Below are positions 1-9,410 of a DNA stretch of 64,000 nt, piece by piece. Source of the stretch: Candidatus Parcubacteria bacterium (GTDB lineage: Bacteria; Patescibacteriota; Saccharimonadia; UBA4664; JBIOIQ01); assembly GCA_963718875.1 (NCBI GenBank), contig OY970378.1, forward strand, positions 196,396 through 260,395. Direction: 5' to 3'. Position 1 is the stretch's first letter. The number at the start of each line of letters is the position of its first letter. The translations under genes were made by a program, and so were the position numbers. The notes under the pieces were generated by a model. That model was not told where the DNA came from. It searched no databases and was given only the letters and a program-made list of their open reading frames with translations.

Positions 1-30
1 ATCCATTCAGGATATTTTATCTTTGAGGCT

Positions 31-246
31 TTATTGGGCTGTGTCGGCATCCTTGATTTGATCTAGCAATTGTTCTAAATCACCGGTGAGTGAAATTATT
101 TGAGCTAATTCGGCTCGGGCTAGCCAAGCATTGCCGGGTTTCATAGCGTAGTTGCGCATATCTTTGGCACGAGCCAACAGTTGCTCGCACAGTTCAAGGT
201 ATTCTTCGCGCAGTAGCTCGGCAGGAGTCAGGTTCTTCATGGGCAT
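31..246 (-). CDS. small helical hypothetical protein
   Basis: 71-aa ORF; a -10-like TAGACT just upstream suggests a leaderless start (ATG at 246 or 240). Confidence 0.5.
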   Translation of the reverse strand: MPMKNLTPAELLREEYLELCEQLLARAKDMRNYAMKPGNAWLARAELAQIISLTGDLEQLLDQIKDADTAQ

Positions 247-291
247 AGTCTAACAGATATAAGCGCAATAAAAATGTTAAAAATGATAAGT

Positions 292-651
292 TTATTTAGA
301 AGAAACTGACTTTTTGACTGCAGGTTTTTTGGCTTTTGGCTTATCAGCTTTGGTGGTTTTAGCTTTGTCGGCTACTTTTTCGACAGGAGTCAGCGCTTTT
401 GTGACAACAGCAGTTAGTCGTGATTTGCGGCGAGAAGCAGTATTTTTATGCAAAGCGCCTTTTTTTACTGCTCGGTCGATTTCGCTTTGGGCGGCTCGCA
501 AGGCAGTTTCGATGGTCTTAAGCTCACCCGTGACAAGTGCGTCCATGACAACGCGTACATCCTGTTTTACAGCCGATTTAACTCGGTTGTTAAGGGTGCG
601 GCGCTTAGTGGTTTGGCGAGCGCGCTTGATAGCTGATTTAATAATTGGCAT
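292..651 (-). CDS. rpsT: 30S ribosomal protein S20 with Lys-rich C-terminal extension
   Basis: MPIIKSAIKRARQ...IDRAVKKGALHKNTASRRKSRL signature. Confidence 0.97.
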   Translation of the reverse strand: MPIIKSAIKRARQTTKRRTLNNRVKSAVKQDVRVVMDALVTGELKTIETALRAAQSEIDRAVKKGALHKNTASRRKSRLTAVVTKALTPVEKVADKAKTTKADKPKAKKPAVKKSVSSK

Positions 652-887
652 CTGGGGTCCTTACAGTTCATCATTTAATCTATAGACTTGATAGACTTTA
701 AACTATTTAGGTTCGTTTGTAAATGGTATTAGAAATATGTGGATGTTGCTAGTGCTAAAACTGCTAAGAACAAAAAGTTGACAAAAGCAAGTTTTTACAG
801 TAGACTTGAGCACTGGCTTAGAGATTAGCTCTACTACTATAAGCTAAGGCTAGTTAGGGCAAGCCTGTTTTATACTAATGGAAAAAT

Positions 888-2078
888 TTGAGCGTGGATT
901 TAACTCCTAAACAACAGGCTTCCGAAGCGATTCGTCAAGCCGAAAGCATATTAATTGTTACTGGCCAGCGTCCTAATGTCGATCAAGTATCGAGTGTAGT
1001 GGCATTATCTTTAATATTGCGTAAATTTGGCAAAAAAGTTACTGCAGTGGTAAGCGATTCGATGCCCACAAGCGTTAGCTTCATGACTGGTGGCTTGGTG
1101 GAACGTAATCTCACTGGCTTACGAGATTTTATTATGCGCTTGGATCTGTCTAGGGCAGAAGTTGATAAACTAAAGTATACGGTAGAAAACGGCAAGCTCA
1201 ATGTTCACATCACACCTTTTAAAGGTGGTTTTTCGGCGCAAGATGTTAGCTTTACCCATGGTGATTATCATTATGACCTGGTAATAGTTATGGGAGTAGC
1301 AAGTCGTAGTAAGCTTGATCGCGTATTTGAACAGAACAGTGGGATATTGCAATCTACGCCAATATTAAATCTTGATTTCCATCGTATTAACGAAAGCTAT
1401 GGTGCTATTAATTTGGTTGATACAAATGCCGCTACACTGAGTGAAATGTTGATTTCGCTCGCGGAAAGTCTGCAGGCGGGTTTGCTTGATGAGCAGATCG
1501 CTACGGCTATGCTAACAGGTATTATTGCTGCTACCGATCGTTTTAGCGCACCGCACACAACTGCAAAAAGTATGACGGTGGCGGCGCAATTGATGGCTGC
1601 AGGAGCGAAACAACAGCAAATTATCAAATCGCTTTATAGTGGTGGCGGCCGCGATGGACGCGACGGGAAAGATGGGCGTGATGGACGGGACAAAGACCGA
1701 CGGCCTGAAAAGTCAACCAATGCAGCGCCACAATCGGCTGAGTTATCTGCCTCTAAACCAATTCCAGATACTGAATCAACAACTTATGTGGAGCCTAAAA
1801 TTCAATCAACTGAACCTGTGCCTGTGACGGAAGCAGCGGTAAATGTTGAGCCAGTTCAAGCTGTGGAGCCCGGTATGCTTAAACAACAAGAAACAGCGAC
1901 AGGAGATGATACAGGGCCAAACTTGGCTGCACTGGACTGGAACGCTGTAATGCCGCACATGCCGACTCTTAACCCAACTGAGGTTACAAACTTGGATGTG
2001 ACTGATGTTAACTCAAGTCATCAAATGCAGCCTGGAGTTACATCTGAGGTACCAAACCCGGGTGAATCGACCTCTTAA
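888..2078 (+). CDS. DHH-family phosphoesterase (NrnA-like, degenerate motifs) with low-complexity C-terminal tail
   Basis: ILNLDFHRINESYG, IATAMLTGIIAATDRF motifs; GRDGRDGKDGRD repeat and P/E-rich tail. Confidence 0.8.
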   Translation: MSVDLTPKQQASEAIRQAESILIVTGQRPNVDQVSSVVALSLILRKFGKKVTAVVSDSMPTSVSFMTGGLVERNLTGLRDFIMRLDLSRAEVDKLKYTVENGKLNVHITPFKGGFSAQDVSFTHGDYHYDLVIVMGVASRSKLDRVFEQNSGILQSTPILNLDFHRINESYGAINLVDTNAATLSEMLISLAESLQAGLLDEQIATAMLTGIIAATDRFSAPHTTAKSMTVAAQLMAAGAKQQQIIKSLYSGGGRDGRDGKDGRDGRDKDRRPEKSTNAAPQSAELSASKPIPDTESTTYVEPKIQSTEPVPVTEAAVNVEPVQAVEPGMLKQQETATGDDTGPNLAALDWNAVMPHMPTLNPTEVTNLDVTDVNSSHQMQPGVTSEVPNPGESTS

Positions 2079-2115
2079 CGCTGTTTAATGTACTTAGTCG
2101 GTTATAGTTAGAGCC

Positions 2116-2827
2116 ATGGATAAAAACGGACTACTTTTACTGAACAAACCAGAAGGAATCAGCTCGTTTGATTGTATTCGAGTACTGAGACGAGTTTTGT
2201 TACCGCAGATGCAAGGGCAAAAGCTAAAGATCGGTCACGCTGGTACGCTGGATCCGGCCGCTAGCGGTTTAATGCTGATGTTATTTGGTACTGCGTGCAG
2301 GCAAGCCCAAATCTTTAGCAAACTTGATAAAACCTATGTGGCGGAGATTACTTTGGGTGCCACGAGTACTACGGGTGATCGGGAGGGAGAGATTACATCT
2401 TCAAGACCAGGTCTTGAATCTGGAGACTCTGCAAACAAAATATTAAGAACTGGTCTTTATCAATGCCTCGAGGAATTTGTCGGTAAAATTACACAAACGC
2501 CCTCGGTATATTCGGCAATTAAGATTAACGGGCAAGAAGCTTATAAACGGGCACGACGTGGCGAAGCGGTTGAAATGCCTAGCCGGGAGGTGACCATACA
2601 TTCGGTAGAGTTAATAAATTACGAATACCCCAAGTTGGAAATTAAAGTTAGTTGTTCGCAGTGGCACTTACATTCGCAGCTTAGCGGCTGATATAGGTGA
2701 GCGGTTGGGAGTAGGGGCTTATTTGAGTGCTTTGATGCGGACGAGAGTGGGCGAGTATTTGTTGGATCAGGCGGTGGAGTTGGATGCTGAGCCAAGTGTG
2801 ATTATCAATTCGATTCAAGCCGTTTAA
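2116..2827 (+). CDS. truB: tRNA pseudouridine(55) synthase, frameshifted near 2659 (probable sequencing indel)
   Basis: [21 protein letters not shown]; the downstream frame continues [17 protein letters not shown]...LMRTRVG to TAA at 2825-2827. Confidence 0.93.
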
Positions 2828-2929
2828 GCTCTTGGAGAAAATGCTCGTAATTGTTGCTGATTTATGATTTAATTTAGCTCCAGAGTTCGTTTCCGCTCCT
2901 GCGGATTGACAACAAGGAGGACGATCTAG

Positions 2930-3139
2930 ATGGGTGCCCAAAAGTATGCTCGAGCGGCGGTCTTGGTTGGCGTCGCAGCCATTCTTTTCGTGGCCGCTTT
3001 TCTCTTTGCTTACACTGCCGAGCCATCTCAGCCCGTGTTTGCCGGGGGCTTGGTAGGAGGAGGTGTTCTCTTTCTCGGTCTCGCTTTCGCAGGAGGAGCG
3101 TCGCAGGGTCGATCTGACTCTCGACGCAACCGCCCATAG
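2930..3139 (+). CDS. GC-rich orphan two-TM small membrane protein
   Basis: strong SD AAGGAGG, two hydrophobic segments, basic tail. Confidence 0.65.
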   Translation: MGAQKYARAAVLVGVAAILFVAAFLFAYTAEPSQPVFAGGLVGGGVLFLGLAFAGGASQGRSDSRRNRP

Positions 3140-3214
3140 GCTGACTACTAGAGGTGCGACTTACCGAGCTGATTCAACAACTCTTGTGACGTGCAACCTG
3201 TCACTGCCTCATGC

Positions 3215-3252
3215 CTTTCCCAACCCCGGCCTATACGCCGGGGTTGGGAAAG
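3215..3252 (+). terminator. 16-bp perfect GC hairpin without U-tract
   Basis: ctttcccaaccccggc-ctatac-gccggggttgggaaag. Confidence 0.7.
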
Positions 3253-3318
3253 CAACCTCAAGCGTTTAGGATCCTTACTATTGATAAAACCATTCAAATC
3301 TGCTAGACTCTACCGGTA

Positions 3319-3585
3319 ATGCTACAAACAGAAGACAAATCGAAGATTATTTCTAGTCTACAAAACCACAAAACCGATACTGGTTCGGCTGAGGTTCAGA
3401 TTGGTATTTTTACTGAAAAAATTACCCAGTTGACCGATCACCTTAAGATGCACAAGAAGGATAACCACAGCCGACGTGGGCTTTTAATGATGGTGGGCAA
3501 GCGGCGCAGTTTGCTGACATATTTAAGCAAAAAAAATAACGACAAATATTTAGAACTTATTAAGAAGCTAGAGCTGCGGAGATAG
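3319..3585 (+). CDS. rpsO: 30S ribosomal protein S15
   Basis: DTGSAEVQI...[26 protein letters not shown]. Confidence 0.98.
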   Translation: MLQTEDKSKIISSLQNHKTDTGSAEVQIGIFTEKITQLTDHLKMHKKDNHSRRGLLMMVGKRRSLLTYLSKKNNDKYLELIKKLELRR

Positions 3586-3657
3586 CCTTTGACCATTAAC
3601 CTTTGACCTTTGACTTGAGTTGCAAGTGTCAAATGTCAGGTGTTAAAAGTTAAATGT
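3586..3657. repeat. heptamer-periodic inverted repeat
   Basis: ctttgac/cattaac/ctttgac/ctttgac ... gtcaaat/gtcaggt/gttaaaa/gttaaat. Confidence 0.8.
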
Positions 3658-3735
3658 GGCAAGGACGATTTAGAGCTTTGGGATTAAATTTTTAATCTCT
3701 TGTCCCTGAACCGTCTCGCTATAGAAAAGGAGAGT

Positions 3736-5847
3736 ATGGTAAACCAAGACATAATTAACCCCTTTGGGGCTAAGACAGAAGTTTTTACAACCGATTTTTG
3801 CGGACACGACCTTACAATTGAGACCGGCAAGATGGCCTTTTTGGCTGATGGCGCCGTAACTGTTCGTTATGGAGACACAATGGTGTTGGGTACGGCTGTT
3901 GTAAGTAATCAGCCTCGCGATGGAATTGATTTTTTCCCTTTATTAATTGATTACGAAGAACGGATGTATGCGACCGGTAAGATTAGTGGTAGTAGGTTTA
4001 TAAAACGCGAGGGCCGAGCAAGTGAACATGCTACTTTGAGCTCGCGCTTGATTGACCGTCCGATTCGTCCCTTGTTTCCCAAAGGTTATCGTAATGATGT
4101 CCAGGCTGTTGCAACAGTAATTTCGGCTGACTTAGTGTATGCACCAGATATAATTGCTATTATTGCGGCTTCTGCAGCCTTGATGCTATCGGGCGCACCT
4201 TTTGAAGGCCCAGTAGCTGGCGTGCGGGTTGGTCAGATCGACGGAGAGCTGGTGGTATTTCCTACCACCGAGCAAATGGCCAAAAGTACGTTGGATTTAA
4301 CAGTGGCTGGAACTAAGGACGCCATTATGATGGTTGAGGCTGGGGCTAATGAGATTGATGAAGCAACTATGATTCAAGCCATAGAACTAGCTCATAAAGC
4401 CATTCAACCGGTTATTAAGCTTCAAGAAGAGCTGGCGGCAGCTATTGGAGTGAAAGCCAAGGACTATGAACTTTACAAGGCTGATGAAGGTTTATTTAAG
4501 GAAATTGACGCTTATCTCAAAGGTAAATTAGGAGCGGCTGTTCGACACCAGGATCAATACCAGCGTCATGATGCAATAAAAAATCTTGAAAAAGAGGTGC
4601 TTGCAAAATATGAGAAAGATTACTCGGATGATCAGGTAAAGGTGGCTTTTGGAAAAGTAATTGACTACGAAATTCGCCGAGCTATTCTGGAAGATGGAGA
4701 TCGACCTGATGGTCGTAAGACAACTGAGATTCGACCGATCAGTGCCCAAGTTGGTTTGCTTCCTCGTACCCACGGTTCAGCCTTGTTTACCCGTGGCACG
4801 ACCCAAGTGCTTAATGTAACAACGTTAGGTTCTACGAGCTATGCCCAATTGATTGATACGATGGAGGAGGATACTACTAAGCGCTATATGCACCATTACA
4901 ACTTTCCAGGGTATTCTACGGGAGAGGTTCGGCCTATGCGTAGTCCTGGACGAAGAGAAATTGGTCACGGAGCTTTAGCCGAGAGGGCTTTGGTGCCGGT
5001 AATCCCGAGCGTGGAAGATTTCCCTTACACAATCAGGACTGTATCGGAGGCCGTTGCATCAAATGGTTCTACTAGTATGGCTAGCGTTTGCGGTTCGACA
5101 TTATCACTCATGGATGCTGGTGTACCAATTAAAAAACCGGTAGCGGGAATTGCCATGGGTCTAGTAACTGATGGTGATAAATATGTAGTGTTATCGGACA
5201 TTCAGGGGGCGGAAGACTTTGCTGGCGATATGGATTTTAAGGTGGCAGGTACCGATGACGGCATCACGGCACTACAAATGGACATTAAGGTTAAAGGAAT
5301 TACTCCAGCAATCATGAAGGATGCTCTGGCTCAGGCATTGGATGGCCGCGCATTCATTATGGGTAAAATGATGGAGGTTATAGATAAACCACGACCTGAG
5401 CTAGCGCCTTTTGCACCACGTATCACCAAGTTGATGATTAACCCTGAAAAAATTCGTGAAGTAATTGGCAAGGGTGGCGAAATGATCAACAAAATTATTG
5501 CAGAAACGGGAGTCGAAATTGATATCGAAGACTCTGGTCTTGTCATGATTGCTTCGAGTGATGGCGATGCATCTCAAAAAGCAGTTCAGTGGATTGAAAG
5601 TATTGTGGCAGAACCCGAAGTGGGCAAAATTTATACTGGTGAAGTTGTAAAGATTATGGATTTTGGTGCTTTTGTTAACATTATGCCTGGTAAGGATGGC
5701 CTGGTACATGTCAGCCAGTTGTCAGATAAGCGCGTAGAAAAAGTTGAAGATATTGTGAAATTAGGTGATACTATAAAGGTAAAGCTTATGGAAATTGATT
5801 CGCAAGGACGGCTCAATTTAAGTAAAAAAGCTGCCGAAAAAGAGTAA
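3736..5847 (+). CDS. pnp: polyribonucleotide nucleotidyltransferase (PNPase)
   Basis: FFPLLIDYEER, RLIDRPIRPLFP, SNGSTSMAS, GDMDFKVAGT, KH and S1 domains; SD AAGGAG before ATG 3736. Confidence 0.98.
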   Translation: MVNQDIINPFGAKTEVFTTDFCGHDLTIETGKMAFLADGAVTVRYGDTMVLGTAVVSNQPRDGIDFFPLLIDYEERMYATGKISGSRFIKREGRASEHATLSSRLIDRPIRPLFPKGYRNDVQAVATVISADLVYAPDIIAIIAASAALMLSGAPFEGPVAGVRVGQIDGELVVFPTTEQMAKSTLDLTVAGTKDAIMMVEAGANEIDEATMIQAIELAHKAIQPVIKLQEELAAAIGVKAKDYELYKADEGLFKEIDAYLKGKLGAAVRHQDQYQRHDAIKNLEKEVLAKYEKDYSDDQVKVAFGKVIDYEIRRAILEDGDRPDGRKTTEIRPISAQVGLLPRTHGSALFTRGTTQVLNVTTLGSTSYAQLIDTMEEDTTKRYMHHYNFPGYSTGEVRPMRSPGRREIGHGALAERALVPVIPSVEDFPYTIRTVSEAVASNGSTSMASVCGSTLSLMDAGVPIKKPVAGIAMGLVTDGDKYVVLSDIQGAEDFAGDMDFKVAGTDDGITALQMDIKVKGITPAIMKDALAQALDGRAFIMGKMMEVIDKPRPELAPFAPRITKLMINPEKIREVIGKGGEMINKIIAETGVEIDIEDSGLVMIASSDGDASQKAVQWIESIVAEPEVGKIYTGEVVKIMDFGAFVNIMPGKDGLVHVSQLSDKRVEKVEDIVKLGDTIKVKLMEIDSQGRLNLSKKAAEKE

Positions 5848-5868
5848 TTAAAAAATTGGTAATAAGGA

Positions 5869-6090
5869 GTGAATGTGAGCTCACCAAAATATACGCCAGT
5901 TAGCGGAACAGTTCTCGTAGCAGCCGTAGTAGTGCTGGGGTTTGTAGCAGGATATTTAACCGGAATGAGCAACACCTGGTTAATGTCGATAGGATTCGGT
6001 ATATGGGTCTTTCTGTTCATTGCATTGTTGGGGGTCGCACTTGCCCAGATCGGACAGCGGAAAAAACCTGCAAAATCTAAACATCGTTAG
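5869..6090 (+). CDS. small two-TM membrane protein
   Basis: SD AAGGAG, two hydrophobic helices, basic tail. Confidence 0.6.
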   Translation: MNVSSPKYTPVSGTVLVAAVVVLGFVAGYLTGMSNTWLMSIGFGIWVFLFIALLGVALAQIGQRKKPAKSKHR

Positions 6091-6146
6091 ATAACTGATC
6101 AGAGTCTCTTTTTTAAGAGATTCAAATGAGGGATCTAAGCTTATAG

Positions 6147-6220
6147 AAACATTTAACACCTAACCTCTGACATTTGACTTGCAAGTGCGTAAAAGATTAA
6201 TAGTCAAACGTTAAATGTTT
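6147..6220. repeat. heptamer-periodic inverted repeat
   Basis: aaacatttaac/acctaac/ctctgac/atttgac ... gtcaaac/gttaaatgttt. Confidence 0.8.
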
Positions 6221-6254
6221 TCCTCGAGTCTTGATTTGCGTAAGTGGGTGGAGA

Positions 6255-6821
6255 ATGGATAAGAAAGCGGCCCTACAAGAGATTGCCGACCGAATTGTAG
6301 CCAACAAGGTTTGTCCTGAACTGGCGGCTGGAGCGACTCAACTTGTCCCAGGTGACGGTAATCCTAATGCAGATCTGTTGTTTGTAGGGGAAGCACCGGG
6401 AAAAAATGAAGATATTCAAGGCCTCCCATTTGTAGGAGCAGCCGGGAAGTTTTTAAACGAGATGTTGGCTGGAATAGGGCTTAAACGTGAGGATATATAT
6501 ATTACGAATATTGTTAAATATCGTCCCCCCGCAAATCGAGATCCTGCCCCCCAGGAAATAGAGGCTTTCGTGCCTTATTTAAAGGAGCAGGTTAAAATTA
6601 TTCGGCCGAAAATGGTGGTGTTTTTAGGACGACATGCAATGAATGTGTTTTTGCCAGAGCTTAAAATTGGTCAATGTCATGGTCAACCAAAACCTAAGGA
6701 TGGACAAGTGTATTTGCCTTTGTTTCATCCAGCGGCGGCGCTATATAACGGGGGGATGCGCCAAACATTGATTGAGGACTTTAACAAAATACCAGCAATA
6801 TTAAAATTTATTAAGACATGA
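6255..6821 (+). CDS. uracil-DNA glycosylase, family 4-like
   Basis: VGEAPGKNED.QGLPFVGAAG, TNIVKYRPP, FHPAAALY. Confidence 0.93.
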   Translation: MDKKAALQEIADRIVANKVCPELAAGATQLVPGDGNPNADLLFVGEAPGKNEDIQGLPFVGAAGKFLNEMLAGIGLKREDIYITNIVKYRPPANRDPAPQEIEAFVPYLKEQVKIIRPKMVVFLGRHAMNVFLPELKIGQCHGQPKPKDGQVYLPLFHPAAALYNGGMRQTLIEDFNKIPAILKFIKT

Positions 6822-6890
6822 ATAATGAAGAATGAGTCACTAATTATGGGTTGGAGCGGCACGAGTTGCTTGATTCATAATTTATGATTT
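6818..6890. repeat. degenerate heptamer-periodic inverted repeat
   Basis: atgaata/atgaaga/atgagtc ... cttgatt/cataatt/tatgatt. Confidence 0.55.
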
Positions 6891-6908
6891 GCAAAAACGA
6901 AAGGATAT

Positions 6909-8933
6909 ATGGAACCAAAGCACAATAACAACGATCAAGGGCCTTCGAAGGCTGTACCAAGAGAACCGCAGAAACCTAGCAATCAAAACAGGCCGCAACA
7001 GTCGGCGACAGCTGGTTCCCGTCCTTCAAGTCAGAATTCCCGGAATACGGGAGGTGGTGGGCGTGGTTCGTCAGACCGTCGCCGGGGGCGAGGTGCCCCT
7101 GCCAGCGGTCCCAGTATACTAAAAGCTTCGATAAACAATTACGATGAGATCCCTGTAAATAAGAGTGTCTACAATGGCTCAGGCGGTACGCAGGCTACCC
7201 AAGTAAAAACTGTCACTAACGGTCCCCGTGTAGCTAATCAGGCAATTGCTCGAGAACCAGTCTTACGAATAGTTCCATTGGGAGGTTTGGGAGAGATAGG
7301 CAAGAATATGACAGCGATTGAGTATGGCAATGATATTATCATTGTTGATATTGGTTTTATGTTTCCAACAGAAGATCAGCCTGGTATTGATTATGTTATT
7401 CCAGATGTTTCATATTTGGAAGACAAAAAGCATAAAATTCGCGGTATTGTTATAACTCATGGTCACATGGATCACATCGGTGGGGTGGCTTACGTATTAC
7501 CTAAATTGCCGGCGCCATTATACGGTACCCGTCTGTCTCTAGGGATGGTGGAAAAACAACTAGAGGAGTTTAAGCTGCAAACAGCGCCTCAGTTTCGAGT
7601 TATGGATCCAGACCAGCATGAGACAGTGCAGCTTGGAACATTTAAGGTAGAGCTGGTGCGAGTAACGCATTCTATTCCCGACGCAACAGCCGTGGTTATT
7701 ACGACTGCGGTGGGAACAGTGATTCACACTGGAGATTGGCGACTAGACCCCGACCCGATTGATGGGCGCAAGATGGATATGCCCCGATTCGCTGAATTGG
7801 GGCAAAAAGGTGTTTTGTTACTCATGAGCGATAGTACTCGTTGCGATTTTCCTGGTCGCACAGCTTCAGAACGCGATATTGAGTCGACATTTGAAGATCT
7901 GTTTAAGCGTGCAAATGGACGAGTAATAATATCAACTTTTGCGTCCAGCATGACCAGAATACAACTGATTGTTGATGCTGCACAGGCAACCAAGCGTAAG
8001 CTAGCGTTTGTAGGCCGTAGTATGCTGACAAATGTAGAACTAGCTGTAAAATTAGGCTACATCAAAGTCCCATCCGGTTTAATAATAAGAGTTCAGGATG
8101 TCGCGAAGCTATCTGATACGGAGGTGGTGGTGCTTTGTACAGGTTCTCAAGGTGAAATTAACTCGGCCTTAAATCGAATGAGTACTGGCGACCACCCGCA
8201 TATCAAAATTAAGCCTGGAGACTCGATTATTTACAGTGCCAGTCCTATTCCGGGGAATGAGAAGGCGGTGGTTGCTACGGTAGATGCGTTGATGCGTGAA
8301 GGTGCTCATGTGTACCAACGCTATACTTCTGAGCTTGATCATCATGGCCTGCTGCATTGTTCGGGACATGCAAGCCACGACGATGTTGTGGATTTGCTAG
8401 AAGCTGTGCGGCCAAAATATTTCATGCCTATTCACGGCGAATTTCATCACTTGGTGCGCAATGCGGACATTGCGGTTGAGACAGGGATACCGCGCGAAAA
8501 TGTCTTTGTGATCGATAATGGTGACGTTCTAGAATTTGATAGCCGTGGGGGACGCAAAGGCGCTCGTGTTCCGGCCGGAAAAATCATGATTGATGGTACA
8601 GGAGTCGGGGATGTTGAGGGTGTGGTGTTACGCGACCGGTTGGCTATGGCAAGTGACGGTATTTTTGTGATTGTAGCTACTGTGGCGCGTGGTAGTGGCA
8701 AATTGATTACGAGTCCAGATATTATTTCTCGAGGATTTATCTACATGAAAGAAAACGAGGAATTAGTAAACCGTGCGCGTGCAGAGGTGCGGCAAATGTT
8801 TGAGCGTCGCAACACCAAAGAACCAACCGACTGGTCTAAGTTCAAGCTTAAATTACGCGATCAAATTGGCGATTTTTTGTACAATGCTACCAAACGGAAT
8901 CCCATGATTATTACGGTGATCAACGAAGTCTAG
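6909..8933 (+). CDS. rnj: ribonuclease J with disordered N-terminal extension
   Basis: PLGGLGEIGKN, THGHMDHIG, HTGD, GSQGE, SGHA, PIHGE motifs. Confidence 0.97.
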   Translation: MEPKHNNNDQGPSKAVPREPQKPSNQNRPQQSATAGSRPSSQNSRNTGGGGRGSSDRRRGRGAPASGPSILKASINNYDEIPVNKSVYNGSGGTQATQVKTVTNGPRVANQAIAREPVLRIVPLGGLGEIGKNMTAIEYGNDIIIVDIGFMFPTEDQPGIDYVIPDVSYLEDKKHKIRGIVITHGHMDHIGGVAYVLPKLPAPLYGTRLSLGMVEKQLEEFKLQTAPQFRVMDPDQHETVQLGTFKVELVRVTHSIPDATAVVITTAVGTVIHTGDWRLDPDPIDGRKMDMPRFAELGQKGVLLLMSDSTRCDFPGRTASERDIESTFEDLFKRANGRVIISTFASSMTRIQLIVDAAQATKRKLAFVGRSMLTNVELAVKLGYIKVPSGLIIRVQDVAKLSDTEVVVLCTGSQGEINSALNRMSTGDHPHIKIKPGDSIIYSASPIPGNEKAVVATVDALMREGAHVYQRYTSELDHHGLLHCSGHASHDDVVDLLEAVRPKYFMPIHGEFHHLVRNADIAVETGIPRENVFVIDNGDVLEFDSRGGRKGARVPAGKIMIDGTGVGDVEGVVLRDRLAMASDGIFVIVATVARGSGKLITSPDIISRGFIYMKENEELVNRARAEVRQMFERRNTKEPTDWSKFKLKLRDQIGDFLYNATKRNPMIITVINEV

Positions 8934-8938
8934 TTGTA

Positions 8939-9372
8939 CTAGGGTTTAGGGTAGAGGGTTTAGGGTGGGAACGAAGAGGGTAGGAAGTGAGAAGTTTGTG
9001 AGTTTGCAGTCTTTTAAAGATTTAACCGTTTGGCAGCGATCGATGGAACTGGTTGAGAATGTGTATCTTGTTACGCAAGACCTGCCTATTTCTGAGCAAT
9101 TTGGGTTAACCAGTCAGGCTAGACGTGCGGCTGTTTCGATTCCGTCGAATATTGCGGAAGGGTATAAAAGAAAACATCGTAAAGAGTATTTACATTTTTT
9201 ATCGATTTCAGATGCTTCTTCTGCTGAGCTAGAGACGCAATTAATTCTGATTAATCGGCTTTATCCTAGTCTTAATATCGTTAATTGTAATCACCTCTTG
9301 ATAGAAGTTCAGAAAATGTTGAGTAAGCTAATGCAGCAGCTTTTACCCTAACCCCTCTACCCTAAACCCTAG
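8939..9372. repeat. 28-bp heptamer-based inverted repeats (8939-8966 and 9345-9372) bracketing the four-helix-bundle gene
   Basis: ctagggtttagggtagagggtttagggt versus accctaacccctctaccctaaaccctag (one mismatch). Confidence 0.9.
8998..9351 (+). CDS. four helix bundle protein (23S rRNA IVP / bAvd-like family)
   Basis: SFKDLTVWQRSM...EQFGLTSQARRAAVSIPSNIAEG...ELETQL. Confidence 0.92.
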   Translation: MSLQSFKDLTVWQRSMELVENVYLVTQDLPISEQFGLTSQARRAAVSIPSNIAEGYKRKHRKEYLHFLSISDASSAELETQLILINRLYPSLNIVNCNHLLIEVQKMLSKLMQQLLP

Positions 9373-9410
9373 CGGAATGGTTTAATAGATAGATAGAAAC
9401 AGGGGTCTGG

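Noticed and set aside
1645-1692. GRD/GKD 9-bp repeats in the DHH gene as a collagen-like or contingency locus
   Set aside because: Short, degenerate, in-frame low-complexity linker.
2650-2700. Programmed ribosomal frameshift in truB and the other split genes
   Set aside because: No slippery heptamer or stimulatory structure; indel error is simpler given the many similar cases.
8939-8966. Telomere-like or G-quadruplex TTTAGGG repeats
   Set aside because: An inverted partner lies 380 bp away and other heptamer hairpins use unrelated units, so the resemblance is likely incidental.
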